Below, piece after piece: positions 9,816-19,833 of a stretch of DNA of 64,000 nucleotides. Source of the stretch: Rhizobiales bacterium 64-17 (GTDB taxonomy: Bacteria; Pseudomonadota; Alphaproteobacteria; Rhizobiales; Xanthobacteraceae). The DNA is taken from positions 173,493-237,492 of the forward strand of contig MKWA01000003.1 of assembly GCA_001899285.1 (NCBI GenBank), in the 5' to 3' direction. Below the pieces are notes generated by a model. The model was not told the origin of the DNA. It searched no databases and worked only from the letters and a program-made list of their open reading frames with translations. Numbering within the stretch: the first letter of the stretch is position 1; each line of letters starts with the position of its first letter. A program made the translations under genes and the position numbers.

Positions 9816-11258
9816 TCAGGGCGCTCGGGCGGGAATGGGCCGGAGCAGGAAGGCTGGCATATGCGACATATCCGCCGGCTCGTCATTGCCCTTTTGAGCG
9901 CGCGGTGACGGCTGGTTCCTGGGCGGCTTGGACTGCGATTTGGGCTCTGCCCTGGTCTCAGTCTTCTCTTCGATCCTGGCGTCGTCATGAGGTGTGGCCT
10001 GCGCTGCGGCGGGCTCGCGGCGGGGGCGGCGATTGCTGCCGTCCCGGCCCTCGCGGCTCCGGCCACCGCGTCCGCCCCGGCGGCGATTGCCACCGCGTCC
10101 GCCGGTATCGGCAGCGTCGTCTTCTCCGGCCCGGACCGGCTCGCTCGCCCAGGCGATCTTCTGCCCGGTCAGCTTCTCGATCGCATCGAGCGACTTGCTG
10201 TCGATCGGCGCGACGATGGTGATGGCGGTGCCGGAACGGCCGGCGCGGCCGGTGCGGCCGATCCGGTGCACGTAGTCGTCTGGATGGTGCGGCACGTCAA
10301 AGTTGAACACATGGCTGACGTCGGGAATGTCGAGGCCGCGCGCGGCAACGTCGGAGGCGATCAGCAGTTGCGCGTCGCCCTTGCGGAACGCGTCGAGCGC
10401 GCTCATGCGCGCGGTCTGGTCCATGTCGCCGTGCAGCGCGACGGCGCTGAAGCCGTGCTTGACCAGTGAGCGGTGCAACTGCGCGACTTCGCTCTTGCGG
10501 TTGCAGAAGATGATCGCGTTCTTGAGGTTCTCCGCGCCGCGGATCAGGCCGCGCAGGATCTCGCGCTTTTCGTAGGATTCGCGGCCCGCGGCGACGAGTT
10601 GCTGCGTGATCGTGGTGGCAGCCGTCGCCGGGCGCGAGACTTCGACGCGGACCGGATTGTGCAGGAATGTGTCGGCAATGCGCTGGATTTCCGAGGGCAT
10701 CGTCGCGGTGAAGAACAGCGTCTGGCGCGTGAACGGCACCAGCTTGCCGATGCGCTCGATGTCGGGAATGAAACCCATGTCGAGCATACGGTCGGCTTCG
10801 TCGATCACCAGAAGCTCGACGCCGTTGAGCAGCAGCTTGCCGCGCTCGGAGTGATCGAGCAGGCGGCCCGGCGTCGCGATCAACACATCGACGCCGCGCA
10901 TCAGCTTGGCATCCTGATCGCCGAACGACACGCCGCCGATGATCAGCGCGACGTTGAGCTTGTGGTTCTTGCCGTATTTCTCGAACTGCTCGGCGACCTG
11001 CGCGGCGAGTTCGCGCGTCGGTTCGAGGATCAGCGTGCGCGGCATGCGCGCGCGGGCACGGCCCTTTTCCAAGAGCGTGAGCATCGGCAGCACGAACGCG
11101 GCGGTCTTGCCGGTGCCGGTCTGGGCGATGCCGAGCACGTCGCGCCGCGCGAGAACGTGGGGGATCGCCTGATCCTGGATGGGGGTCGGGGATTTGTAGC
11201 CGGCGGCCTCAATGGCCGAGAGAACCTTGTCGGACAGGCCGAGATGGGAGAAGGACAT
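9816..11258 (-). CDS. rhlE: DEAD-box ATP-dependent RNA helicase (RhlE-like) with RGG-rich tail
   Basis: Motif I AQTGTGKTAAF, motif II VIDEADRMLDMGF, motif VI HRIGRTGRAG. The C-terminal tail is Arg/Gly-rich. Confidence 0.9.
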   Translation of the reverse strand: MSFSHLGLSDKVLSAIEAAGYKSPTPIQDQAIPHVLARRDVLGIAQTGTGKTAAFVLPMLTLLEKGRARARMPRTLILEPTRELAAQVAEQFEKYGKNHKLNVALIIGGVSFGDQDAKLMRGVDVLIATPGRLLDHSERGKLLLNGVELLVIDEADRMLDMGFIPDIERIGKLVPFTRQTLFFTATMPSEIQRIADTFLHNPVRVEVSRPATAATTITQQLVAAGRESYEKREILRGLIRGAENLKNAIIFCNRKSEVAQLHRSLVKHGFSAVALHGDMDQTARMSALDAFRKGDAQLLIASDVAARGLDIPDVSHVFNFDVPHHPDDYVHRIGRTGRAGRSGTAITIVAPIDSKSLDAIEKLTGQKIAWASEPVRAGEDDAADTGGRGGNRRRGGRGGRSREGRDGSNRRPRREPAAAQATPHDDARIEEKTETRAEPKSQSKPPRNQPSPRAQKGNDEPADMSHMPAFLLRPIPARAP

Positions 11259-11499
11259 GCAACCTCTGGGACCACGGCGTGCGCGCGACTAAATGAAACG
11301 GTTGAAAAGGCGCGCAGGGGGGTCGCGGTCGAATCTTCAAGAACAGTCGAACCGTTTGCCGGAACATAGGGCCAACCCCGCGAAAGTCAATGTTCCGCAC
11401 TGCAGCAAGTGCCTTCCTTGCTTAACGTTTCAGCATTGCTGGCCCGCATTTCCCGGCTTTCGGGGTAGTCAGGAGAGGCCGGGCAGGCACAATGCCGGG

Positions 11500-11985
11500 A
11501 TGACCGCACACGACAATCCGGGCGTGATCGCCCCACCGCCGCTGATCGGCCTCGCCGTGATTGTCGGCGGCCTGCTACTCGACTGGCTGCTGCCGGCCTA
11601 TCTCCTGACCGTGCTGTTGAGCCTCGAGGACCGGCTGGTGATCGGCGCGCTGCTGTTGCTGGCCGGACTGGCGCTGGCGATTTCCGCGCTCGGAGCCTTC
11701 CGCGCCGCCCGGACCAATCCGGAGCCATGGAAACCGAGCCGGGCGCTGGTCGCCGGCGGCATTTTCCGCTGGCTGCGCAATCCGATGTATGTGGGCGGCC
11801 TGCTGGTTCTCGCCGGTTTAAGCATCGCTGTCGCGTCGGACTGGATGCTGGTGCTCGCGATCGGCTCGGCATTCGTCCTCCACTACGGGGTGGTGCTGCG
11901 CGAGGAGCGTTATCTCGCCGCAAAATTCGGCCCGGCCTATGTGGCATACCGCGATGCGGTGCCGCGCTACGGCTGGCCGTTCTGA
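11500..11985 (+). CDS. isoprenylcysteine carboxyl methyltransferase / phospholipid methyltransferase family membrane protein
   Basis: ATG 11500 (MTAHDNPG...). The upstream part of the track ORF looks non-coding. The protein is multi-TM, with RNPMYVGG and EERYLAAKFGPAYVAYRDAVPRY. Confidence 0.7.
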   Translation: MTAHDNPGVIAPPPLIGLAVIVGGLLLDWLLPAYLLTVLLSLEDRLVIGALLLLAGLALAISALGAFRAARTNPEPWKPSRALVAGGIFRWLRNPMYVGGLLVLAGLSIAVASDWMLVLAIGSAFVLHYGVVLREERYLAAKFGPAYVAYRDAVPRYGWPF

Positions 11986-12056
11986 TAGTCCATCGTTCAC
12001 TTTGCAGGCGTCAAACCGCCCGCTAAGAACATGGAAAAGGCGCGGGGAGGATATCA

Positions 12057-13223
12057 GTGCGCACACAGGTGGGAATTATCGGGGCGGGGCCGGCGGGTCT
12101 GATGCTGGCGCATCTGCTGCGCCGCGCCGGGATTGAGAGCATCATCGTCGAGAACCGCAGCCGCGAATACTGCGAGGCGCGGGTTCGCGCCGGCCTGATC
12201 GAGCAGTGGGCGCGCGACATGCTGATCGAGACCGGCGTCGGCGAGCGCCTGAAAGCCGAAGGGCTGTTCCACAAAGGCATCAAGCTGCAGTTCGATGGCG
12301 TGCTGCACGAAATCAAATTCACCGAATTGGTCGGCAAAGGGACGACGATCTACGGTCAGCAGGAAGTGGTGAAGGATCTGATCGACGATTTGCTCCGCCA
12401 CGGCGTGCCGATTTTGTTCGAGGTGTCCGGCACCCGCGTTTCCGATCTCGACACCAAGCTGCCGAAGATCCACTTCACGCACGACGGCAAGGCGCAGCAG
12501 ATCGAATGCGACTTCATCGGTGGTTGCGACGGCTTCCACGGCATCTGCCGGCCGAGCGTGCCGGACGGCAAGCTCACCTTCTACGACCGCGAATATCCGT
12601 TCGGCTGGCTCGGCATCTTGTCGGAATCCGCGAATGTCGATGAGGAACTGATCTATTCGTATCACGATCGCGGTTTCGCGCTGTACACACAGCGTTCGCC
12701 GACGGTGTCGCGGCTGTATTTCCAGTGTGCGCCGGACGAGGACGCCGGCAACTGGACGGACGAGGCGATCTGGGAGGAACTGCGGCTGCGGCTCGGCGGC
12801 GTATGCCCGCTGCCGACCGGCCCGATCCTACAGAAGGGCGTGACGCCGATGCGCAGCTTCGTGACCGAGCCGATGCAGTACGGCCGGCTGTTCCTCGCCG
12901 GCGACAGCGCGCATATCGTGCCGCCGACGGGCGCCAAGGGCATGAACCTCGCGCTCGCGGACGTGTTGAAGCTCTCTCGCGCGCTCGCGCATTTCTATAA
13001 GACCGGCCAGCACGATCGTCTCGACGGTTATTCGGCGGAGGTGTTGCCGCGCGTGTGGAAAGCGCAACGGTTCTCGTGGTGGATGACCTCGCTGCTACAC
13101 CACTTCCCGCATGAAAATGCGTTCGATCGTCGCCGGCAGGTCGCCGAACTTGACTATGTGGCGACGTCGCGCGCGGCGGCGATGACGCTCGCCGAGAACT
13201 ATGCGGGATTGCCGATCGACTGA
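12057..13223 (+). CDS. pobA: 4-hydroxybenzoate 3-monooxygenase
   Basis: GTG start. FAD fingerprint GIIGAGPAGLMLA and LAGDSAHIVPPTGAKGMNLA. The length of 388 aa is typical of PobA. Confidence 0.9.
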   Translation: MRTQVGIIGAGPAGLMLAHLLRRAGIESIIVENRSREYCEARVRAGLIEQWARDMLIETGVGERLKAEGLFHKGIKLQFDGVLHEIKFTELVGKGTTIYGQQEVVKDLIDDLLRHGVPILFEVSGTRVSDLDTKLPKIHFTHDGKAQQIECDFIGGCDGFHGICRPSVPDGKLTFYDREYPFGWLGILSESANVDEELIYSYHDRGFALYTQRSPTVSRLYFQCAPDEDAGNWTDEAIWEELRLRLGGVCPLPTGPILQKGVTPMRSFVTEPMQYGRLFLAGDSAHIVPPTGAKGMNLALADVLKLSRALAHFYKTGQHDRLDGYSAEVLPRVWKAQRFSWWMTSLLHHFPHENAFDRRRQVAELDYVATSRAAAMTLAENYAGLPID

Positions 13224-13272
13224 CGCAATTCCAGGAAAAACGTGCAGCGGTTTTCCGTCCGGAATTGCGTCA
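13221..13272 (+). repeat. structured intergenic repeat, copy A (12-bp arms around GGAAAA-N11-TTTTCC core)
   Basis: Arms TGACGCAATTCC and GGAATTGCGTCA are perfectly complementary. The inner stem is GGAAAA...TTTTCC. The element starts at the pobA stop codon and is followed by an A-rich run. Confidence 0.55.
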
Positions 13273-13280
13273 AAATAAAA

Positions 13281-13985
13281 CTAAGAGTTTCGGTTCGGCG
13301 TGAGGCGTCGCACCAGATAGTCGAAGTTGACCACGAACTGGTCCGGCTTCGACAACTGGTCGCGCAAGGCCGCGATATCCGCGGTGGGAAATTCGGTGCC
13401 GCGCTCCGGCGTCGCCTCGACCAGCATCTGGATGCGCGCGGCCGTTTCCAGCATCACCGCGCTCACCACCGTTTCGGCGATGCTCGCGGTGGCGATGGCG
13501 ACGCCGTGGTTTTTCATCAGCACGGCCCGGTGCGGGCCGAGCGCCCTGGCGACGCCGGCGCCCATGGCGGTGGAGCGCACCAGCGTCATCGACTCCTGAA
13601 ACGTGCCGATGGCATCGCGGAACAGCGCGCCGGGCTGGCTGTAGGCGCGCAGCGGCCGCCCTGTCGCCGACAGCGCGATCGCGTGCGGCGGATGCGTATG
13701 CAGCACGCACTGCACGTCGGGCCGCGCCTTGTAGATCTCCGTGTGGATGAACACTTCGCTGTGGCGGCGCGCGGCGCCCGCGACCACCTCGCCGTCGAGG
13801 TTGATGGTGAGGATGTTGTCGAGGGTGATCTCGTCGAGGCCGACGCTGTGCGGCTTCATCAGGAGCAGGGACGGGTTGTCGGGCAGCCGGACCGAGATGT
13901 GACCGCGGGTCATGTCGTCCTGATGTTCCGCGACCAGAACGCGGCCGGCGAGCATCATGGTCTGCTTGATCGCATCGTGGGTCAT
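13281..13985 (-). CDS. class II aldolase/adducin family protein
   Basis: 234 aa. It has the metal-binding His cluster context VLHTHPPHAIAL and LMKNHGV. Confidence 0.85.
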   Translation of the reverse strand: MTHDAIKQTMMLAGRVLVAEHQDDMTRGHISVRLPDNPSLLLMKPHSVGLDEITLDNILTINLDGEVVAGAARRHSEVFIHTEIYKARPDVQCVLHTHPPHAIALSATGRPLRAYSQPGALFRDAIGTFQESMTLVRSTAMGAGVARALGPHRAVLMKNHGVAIATASIAETVVSAVMLETAARIQMLVEATPERGTEFPTADIAALRDQLSKPDQFVVNFDYLVRRLTPNRNS

Positions 13986-14092
13986 TGGCGCATTCCCGGC
14001 ATGGTCCTTTTGCGAAGCCGCTTGAATACACCGAACCGATACGCTCTGCTAACCGGCAAGATTCAGAACAAGACAATCCGGGGAGTAACGTC

Positions 14093-15076
14093 ATGGCGAA
14101 GCGGCGGTGGGCCGGCGTGCGGTCGGCTATCCTGGGTTTGGCGCTGGCGGCGGGGTGCGCGACCGCGCAGGCGCAGCAGACCGCCTATCCGGCGAAGGCG
14201 GTGAGCATCATCATTGCGGCGGCGGCGGGCAACAGCCCGGACGTGGCCGCGCGGATCGTCGCCGATGCGCTGACACAGCTCTGGAAGCAGCAGGTGCTGA
14301 TCGTCAACCGCCCCGGCGCGGGCGGGCTGATCGCGGCGCAGGCGGCGACGCAGGTCGATCGCGACGGCTACACGCTCTACATGGCGCAAGCCTCGACCTA
14401 TACGGTCCTGCCCATCACACAGGAGAAGCTGCCGTTCGACCTCGACCGCGATTTCCAGCCCATCAGTCTGGTGGGCGAACAGCCGATCGCGCTCGCGGTG
14501 ACGCCGTCGCTGCCGGTCAAGTCGGTGGCCGAACTGATCGAGCTGATCCGCAAGACGCCGGATGGCATGTTGTTCGCCGCGTCGAACCGGGGCGGGCAAT
14601 CGCATCTCACCGGCGAACTGTTCCGCGAGCGCACCGGCTTGAAGATGACGTTCGTGCATGCCGCCGGCGCGGCGTCGTCGATCAATGATGTGTCCACTGG
14701 CCGCATCCCGATCATGTTTGAGGGTATCGCCGGCATCGGCGGCGCTATCCAGGGCGGCTCGCTGAAGGCGCTCGGCATTGCCGCGCCCAAACGTCTGGCC
14801 GACCGGCCGGACCTGCCGGCGATCAACGAAACCATCCCCGGTTTTGAATCGAAAGGCTGGCTCGCCTTGATGGCGCCGACCGGAACGCCGGATGCCATTG
14901 TCCAGAAAGTGAATGCAGATTTGCGCGTCGTGCTGGCGCAGCCCGAAGTCATCCGCAAATTCCAGGGGATCGGTACCTATCCGCACGCGATGTCGCCGGC
15001 CGAGACCCGCGCCTTCATGAAGGCCGAGCAGGCGCTGTGGTGGCCGATCGTGCGCAAGATCACGCCACAGAAATAA
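14093..15076 (+). CDS. Bug/TctC-family tripartite tricarboxylate transporter substrate-binding protein
   Basis: ATG 14093 with signal peptide MAKRRWAGVRSAILGLALAAGCATAQA. Family motif NRPGAGG. Confidence 0.85.
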   Translation: MAKRRWAGVRSAILGLALAAGCATAQAQQTAYPAKAVSIIIAAAAGNSPDVAARIVADALTQLWKQQVLIVNRPGAGGLIAAQAATQVDRDGYTLYMAQASTYTVLPITQEKLPFDLDRDFQPISLVGEQPIALAVTPSLPVKSVAELIELIRKTPDGMLFAASNRGGQSHLTGELFRERTGLKMTFVHAAGAASSINDVSTGRIPIMFEGIAGIGGAIQGGSLKALGIAAPKRLADRPDLPAINETIPGFESKGWLALMAPTGTPDAIVQKVNADLRVVLAQPEVIRKFQGIGTYPHAMSPAETRAFMKAEQALWWPIVRKITPQK

Positions 15077-15169
15077 ATGCGGTGGGCAGGCCCCGGCCAT
15101 TGCGTGCGCCGGGCGGCACGTTAGGCTTGCAGTCAGCTCCCGTCAGAGGAGCAAACGAGGGAGGCTAGG

Positions 15170-16168
15170 ATGGGCGGGCGCTTCAAGGCGTTGGTCACGG
15201 CAACCCTGATCGCGGGAGTGGCGATCGTATCGGCAAATGGGGTGACTTGCCGGCCGGCGCAGGCGGATGACGCATTTCCGAACAAGGTGATCCGGGTGAT
15301 CGTCGGCTTCGCCGCCGGCGGTGGCAACGACATCTTCGCGCGCGTGGTCGGGCAACGGTTCGGTGAGCTGATCGGCCAGACGGTCGTGATCGAGAACAAG
15401 CCCGGTGCCGGCGGTCGTATCGCCTCGGAATATGTCGCGCAGCAGCCGGGCGACGGCTACACGCTGATGGTCGGCGCCAGCGGCTCGATGTCGATCGCCT
15501 CGGCGATCTATCCGACGCTCGGCTACCACCCGACCAAGAGCTTCGTGCCATTGACCATGATCGCGTCGTTCCCGCTGATCATGACGGTGAGCGCCGAGCA
15601 TCCGGCGAAGTCGGTGTCCGAACTGGTCGCGTGGGCCAAGGCCAATCCCGACAAGGCCAATTACGCCACCTCGTCGCCGGCCTTCACCATCGCCACGGAA
15701 CTGCTGAAGCTCAAGACCGGCATGCCGGGGCAGGCGATCCCGTACAAGAGCAGCAATGAATCCGTGCTCAGTGTCGCGGCGGGACAGACGCTGCTGACGA
15801 TTTCCGATGGACCGCCGGCGGTGCCGATGGTCAAGGGCGGCAAGGTGCGCGCGCTCGCCGTGACCGGCTCCGACCGTTCCGGCGAACTGCCGGACGTGCC
15901 GTCGATGAAGGAGGCGGGCTATCCGGAAGTGAATTCGCGGCTGTGGAGTGGCTTCTTCGCACCGGCCAGCACGCCGGCGCCGATCGTCGCCAAGCTCGAG
16001 GCGGCGCTGCGCAAGGCGATGGCCGACGAGGGCGTGCGCGCCAAGCTCAAGACCATGGCGGTCGATCCCGGCGGCGGCACCGGCGCGGAATTCCGCAAGC
16101 TGATCGACGCCGATATCGAGACCTACAAGGGCATCGTGCAGGCGGCGAAGTTGAAGTTCGAGCGGTAG
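15170..16168 (+). CDS. Bug/TctC-family substrate-binding protein
   Basis: Signal peptide present. Family motifs [11 protein letters not shown] and ENKPGAGG. Confidence 0.85.
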   Translation: MGGRFKALVTATLIAGVAIVSANGVTCRPAQADDAFPNKVIRVIVGFAAGGGNDIFARVVGQRFGELIGQTVVIENKPGAGGRIASEYVAQQPGDGYTLMVGASGSMSIASAIYPTLGYHPTKSFVPLTMIASFPLIMTVSAEHPAKSVSELVAWAKANPDKANYATSSPAFTIATELLKLKTGMPGQAIPYKSSNESVLSVAAGQTLLTISDGPPAVPMVKGGKVRALAVTGSDRSGELPDVPSMKEAGYPEVNSRLWSGFFAPASTPAPIVAKLEAALRKAMADEGVRAKLKTMAVDPGGGTGAEFRKLIDADIETYKGIVQAAKLKFER

Positions 16169-16208
16169 ACTATGTTCGCCTCAAACTGAGGGCACGCTCT
16201 CTCCTCCG

Positions 16209-16286
16209 GTCATTCCCGCGAAAGCGGGAATCCACACGTTGCAACGGCATGATGTGGCCAAGCGTGGGGCCCCGCGTTCGCGGGGA
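16209..16286. repeat. two REP-like GC-rich hairpins between convergent genes
   Basis: ATTCCCGC-GAAA-GCGGGAAT at 16212-16231 and CCCCGCG-TT-CGCGGGG at 16270-16285. They resemble the palindromic intergenic units common in Bradyrhizobiaceae (recollection, not verified). Confidence 0.5.
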
Positions 16287-16313
16287 CGAACGGAGAGAGC
16301 GGAGTATGGTCCG

Positions 16314-18428
16314 CTAAACGTCGAGCAATTCCTCGGACGCGAACTCGGCGCGTTCCTGGATGAACTCGAAGCGCGCTTCCGCCTTGGTGCCCATCAGCCG
16401 CGCCACCGACTTGTCGGTCGGCTTGCGGTCGTCCTCGGCCACATGCACGCGCAGCAGGATGCGCTTGCGGGGGTCCATGGTGGTTTCCTTGAGCTGCGCC
16501 GGCATCATCTCGCCCAGGCCCTTGAAGCGGCCGATCTCGACATTGGCGTTGGCGTGAAACTCCTTCTTCAGGAGTTCGTCCTTGTGCTTGTCGTCGCGGG
16601 CATAGAAGGTCTTGGCGCCGTGCGACAGCCGATAGAGCGGCGGCACCGCGAGATAGAGGTGCCCGTTGTCGATCAGCTTCGGCATCTGATTGTAGAAGTA
16701 AGTGATCAGCAGCGAGGCGATGTGCGCGCCGTCGACGTCGGCGTCGGTCATCACGATGACCTTCTCGTAGCGTAGCGCATCGTCGCTGTAGTGTGAGCCG
16801 GTGCCGCAGCCGAGCGCCTGCGCGAGATCGGCGAGCTGCGTGTTCTGCGCCAGCTTGTCCTTGCCGGCGGAGGCGACGTTGAGGATCTTGCCGCGCAACG
16901 GCAGCACCGCCTGCGAGCGGCGATCGCGCGCCTGCTTGGCGCTGCCGCCGGCGCTGTCGCCTTCGACGATGAAGATTTCCGAGCCGTCGGCGGCGGAGTT
17001 GCTGCAATCGGCGAGCTTGCCGGGCAGCCGCAGCTTGCGCACCGCGGTCTTGCGCGAGATTTCCTTTTCCTGCCGGCGGCGGATGCGTTCGTCGGCGCGC
17101 TCGATCACGAAGTCGAGCAGCTTGTTCGCCTGCGCAGGATTGCCGGCGAGCCAGTGGTCGAACGGATCCTTGATCGCGTTCTCGACGATGCGCTGCGCCT
17201 CGGCGGTGGCGAGACGATCCTTGGTCTGACCCTGGAATTCTGGCTCGCGGATGAACACCGAGAGCATGCAGCCGGCGCCGGTCATCACGTCTTCGCTGGT
17301 GATGCTCGAGGCGCGCTTGTCCTGATTGACGCGGCCGGCGTGATCCTTGAGGCCGCGCAGCAAGGCGGTGCGCAGACCGGATTCGTGCGTGCCGCCGTCC
17401 GGCGTCGGGATCGTGTTGGTGTAGGAGTTCAGGAAGCCGTCCTGATCGGCGGTCCAGGCCACCGCCCATTCCACCGCGCCGTGCGAGCCGTTGCGCCCGG
17501 TCTTGCCGTGGAAGATGTCGGGGTGCACGAGTGTCGCGCCTTCGAGATTGACTGCGAGATAGTCTTTCAGTCCGGCCGGGAAGTGGAACGTCTCGCGCTC
17601 GGGGATATCCGATCCCTTGAGCAGTTCGGGATCGCAATGCCAGCGGATTTCGACGCCGCCGAACAGATACGCCTTCGACCGCGTCATGCGGAAGATGCGT
17701 TCCGGCTTGAACGCCGCGTCCTCGCCGAAAATATCCGCGTCGGGATGAAAGCGCACCTTGGTGCCGCGCCGGTTCGGCGCGCGGCCGACCTTCTCCAGCT
17801 TGCCCTTCGGCTTGCCGCGCTCGAATGCCATTTTGTACAGCGTCTGGTCGCGCGCGACCTCGACCTCGAGACGATCGGAGAGGGCGTTGGCGACCGACAC
17901 GCCGACGCCGTGCAGGCCGCCGGAGGTCTCGTAGACCTCGGAGTCGAATTTGCCGCCCGCATGCAGCGTCGTCATGATGACTTCGAGCGCGGACTTGTTC
18001 TTGAATTTCGGATGCGGGTCGATCGGGATGCCGCGGCCGTTGTCGTTGACGCTGATAAAGCCGCTGGCTTCCAGTTCGACCTCGATCCAGGTGGCGTGGC
18101 CGGCCAGCGCCTCGTCCATGGCGTTGTCGATCACTTCCGCGAACAGATGATGCAGCGCCTTCTCGTCGGTGCCGCCGATATACATGCCGGGGCGGCGGCG
18201 CACCGGCTCGAGCCCCTCCAGCACCTCGATGTGCTTGGCCGTATAGCCGCTGTCGGAGCCGCGGCTGCCGCGTGTCTTCGCGGGCTTGGCCGCCGCTTTC
18301 GGCGCGGCCTTCGAAGCGGACTTCGCTGGCGCGGCCTTGGGGGCGGCTTTGGCGGGTGCCTCGCCGAACAGGTCCGATTGCGCGCCGGAGCGGCTGGAAT
18401 TGCGGGATTTGGTAGCGGATTTGGCCAT
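16314..18428 (-). CDS. parE: DNA topoisomerase IV subunit B with Lys/Ala/Pro-rich N-terminal extension
   Basis: [19 protein letters not shown], a GHKL ATPase region and [26 protein letters not shown]. At 704 aa it lacks the extra GyrB insertion, so ParE is more likely than GyrB. Confidence 0.85.
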   Translation of the reverse strand: MAKSATKSRNSSRSGAQSDLFGEAPAKAAPKAAPAKSASKAAPKAAAKPAKTRGSRGSDSGYTAKHIEVLEGLEPVRRRPGMYIGGTDEKALHHLFAEVIDNAMDEALAGHATWIEVELEASGFISVNDNGRGIPIDPHPKFKNKSALEVIMTTLHAGGKFDSEVYETSGGLHGVGVSVANALSDRLEVEVARDQTLYKMAFERGKPKGKLEKVGRAPNRRGTKVRFHPDADIFGEDAAFKPERIFRMTRSKAYLFGGVEIRWHCDPELLKGSDIPERETFHFPAGLKDYLAVNLEGATLVHPDIFHGKTGRNGSHGAVEWAVAWTADQDGFLNSYTNTIPTPDGGTHESGLRTALLRGLKDHAGRVNQDKRASSITSEDVMTGAGCMLSVFIREPEFQGQTKDRLATAEAQRIVENAIKDPFDHWLAGNPAQANKLLDFVIERADERIRRRQEKEISRKTAVRKLRLPGKLADCSNSAADGSEIFIVEGDSAGGSAKQARDRRSQAVLPLRGKILNVASAGKDKLAQNTQLADLAQALGCGTGSHYSDDALRYEKVIVMTDADVDGAHIASLLITYFYNQMPKLIDNGHLYLAVPPLYRLSHGAKTFYARDDKHKDELLKKEFHANANVEIGRFKGLGEMMPAQLKETTMDPRKRILLRVHVAEDDRKPTDKSVARLMGTKAEARFEFIQERAEFASEELLDV

Positions 18429-18558
18429 GCGATGTCTGAACAGCAGGGTTTGAAGCGAATCAGTCTGGCGAAACTATGCCAAAAACTCGTTTAACCCGGC
18501 GAACCGCCTGCGACGCAACCAAATCCCGATTGGGCCGTTGACCGCCATTGGAAACGGG

Positions 18559-19767
18559 ATGGAACTCGCGCCGGCCGGCCGCGCGAAGCCGTTTCCGCAG
18601 GGGGGAGCCGTGCCTGAGCTGACATCCGTGCGCACCGAGGTGACGTCCGAAACCGCCAAGGAGCGCAGGACGGTGAAAACCCGCATGCTGCGACTCGGCC
18701 ACGAGTTGAGTCTCGACAGTCCCGATCCGGTCAAGAACGTCTCGACCGTGTGGCGCACGCTGGCGCAGATTTCCACCATCGGCATGTTCTTCATCGCCTT
18801 CATCGTCGCGCTGTATCTGGCGCGGCCGGTGTTGCTGCCGACGGTGTCCGCTTTCGTCATCGGGCTGATGCTCGGGCCGATCTCGTCGTGGTTTCGGCGC
18901 ATTGGCGTTCCCACGGTGGTGGGTGCCATCGTGCTGTGGCTCGGCGTGATCGCGTTCTGCTACGCGATCGTCGCGCTGTTGACGACACCGGCGGTGGAGT
19001 GGATCGGCAAGGGACCGGAGATCGCGACCAGCATCAAGGACAAACTGCATGTCTTCGATCACATGATCGCCTCGCTGAAAAGCCTGCGCGATGCGGTGCT
19101 GCCGCAGAGCGACAACAAGGGTCTGGCGATCGACCTCGCCAGCATCCTTCAACCAACTTTGATCTTCGTCACGCCGGCGGTGGGACAGGTGTTCATCTTC
19201 TTCGGCACGTTGTTCTTCTTCCTCCTCGGCCGCGCGCGGTTGCGCCATGTGATGATCTTCTTCTTTGCGCAGCGCGAGGCGCGGCTGCGCATGCTCAAGA
19301 TCTTCAACGACGTCGAATACAATCTGACGACCTATCTGAGCGTGGTCGCGGTCATCAACGCCGTCGTCGGCATCGCTGCCTTCGCGGTGGCGTGGGGCGT
19401 GGGCCTGCCCAATCCGCTGGCGTGGGGCGTGCTGGCGTTCCTGCTGAACTTCATTCCGTATATCGGCGCGCTGATGATGGAACTGGTGCTGCTGCTGGTC
19501 GGGCTGGTGACGTTCGACACGCTCACCCATGCGGTCATCGCGCCGGCGCTGTTTCTCGCCTTCACGACACTGGAAGGTCACTTCATCACCCCGGCGATCA
19601 TGGGCAAGCGGCTGACGCTCAACCCGCTGACGGTGTTTCTGGCCTTGATCTTCTGGACCTGGCTGTGGGGCCCGGTTGGCGCTTTCCTTGCGGTGCCGCT
19701 GCTGATCGTGGCGCTGGTCGCGATCAATCACCTGTTTCCGAAGTCAGAGCCCGAACTGCCGGATTGA
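18559..19767 (+). CDS. AI-2E family transporter (PerM/UPF0118)
   Basis: Multi-TM protein with NFIPYIGA and WGPVGAFLAVPL. The start is uncertain: TTG 18538, ATG 18559 or ATG 18685. Confidence 0.8.
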   Translation: MELAPAGRAKPFPQGGAVPELTSVRTEVTSETAKERRTVKTRMLRLGHELSLDSPDPVKNVSTVWRTLAQISTIGMFFIAFIVALYLARPVLLPTVSAFVIGLMLGPISSWFRRIGVPTVVGAIVLWLGVIAFCYAIVALLTTPAVEWIGKGPEIATSIKDKLHVFDHMIASLKSLRDAVLPQSDNKGLAIDLASILQPTLIFVTPAVGQVFIFFGTLFFFLLGRARLRHVMIFFFAQREARLRMLKIFNDVEYNLTTYLSVVAVINAVVGIAAFAVAWGVGLPNPLAWGVLAFLLNFIPYIGALMMELVLLLVGLVTFDTLTHAVIAPALFLAFTTLEGHFITPAIMGKRLTLNPLTVFLALIFWTWLWGPVGAFLAVPLLIVALVAINHLFPKSEPELPD

Positions 19768-19833
19768 TCCTCGCCGACAGGGCCTGACACCGGTCGCTGG
19801 CGCGGCGCGCGGCGCCGGGATAGACAGAACCCC

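Noticed and set aside
11293-11499. N-terminal extensions of several track ORFs. Examples: 11293 for the ICMT-like gene, 13985 for the first Bug gene, 20460 for the third Bug gene, 29233 for glpX, 39515 for soxC, 49094 for the porin, 53064 for clpS, 56110 for azlC and 60655 for the EipB-like gene.
   Set aside because: In each case an internal start gives a canonical signal peptide or family N-terminus. The upstream extension is compositionally non-protein-like or crosses a repeat or promoter region.
16210-17637. 475-aa minus-strand ORF in another frame of parE.
   Set aside because: It is an out-of-frame overlap with the real ParE frame (16314-18428) and is extremely Arg-rich.
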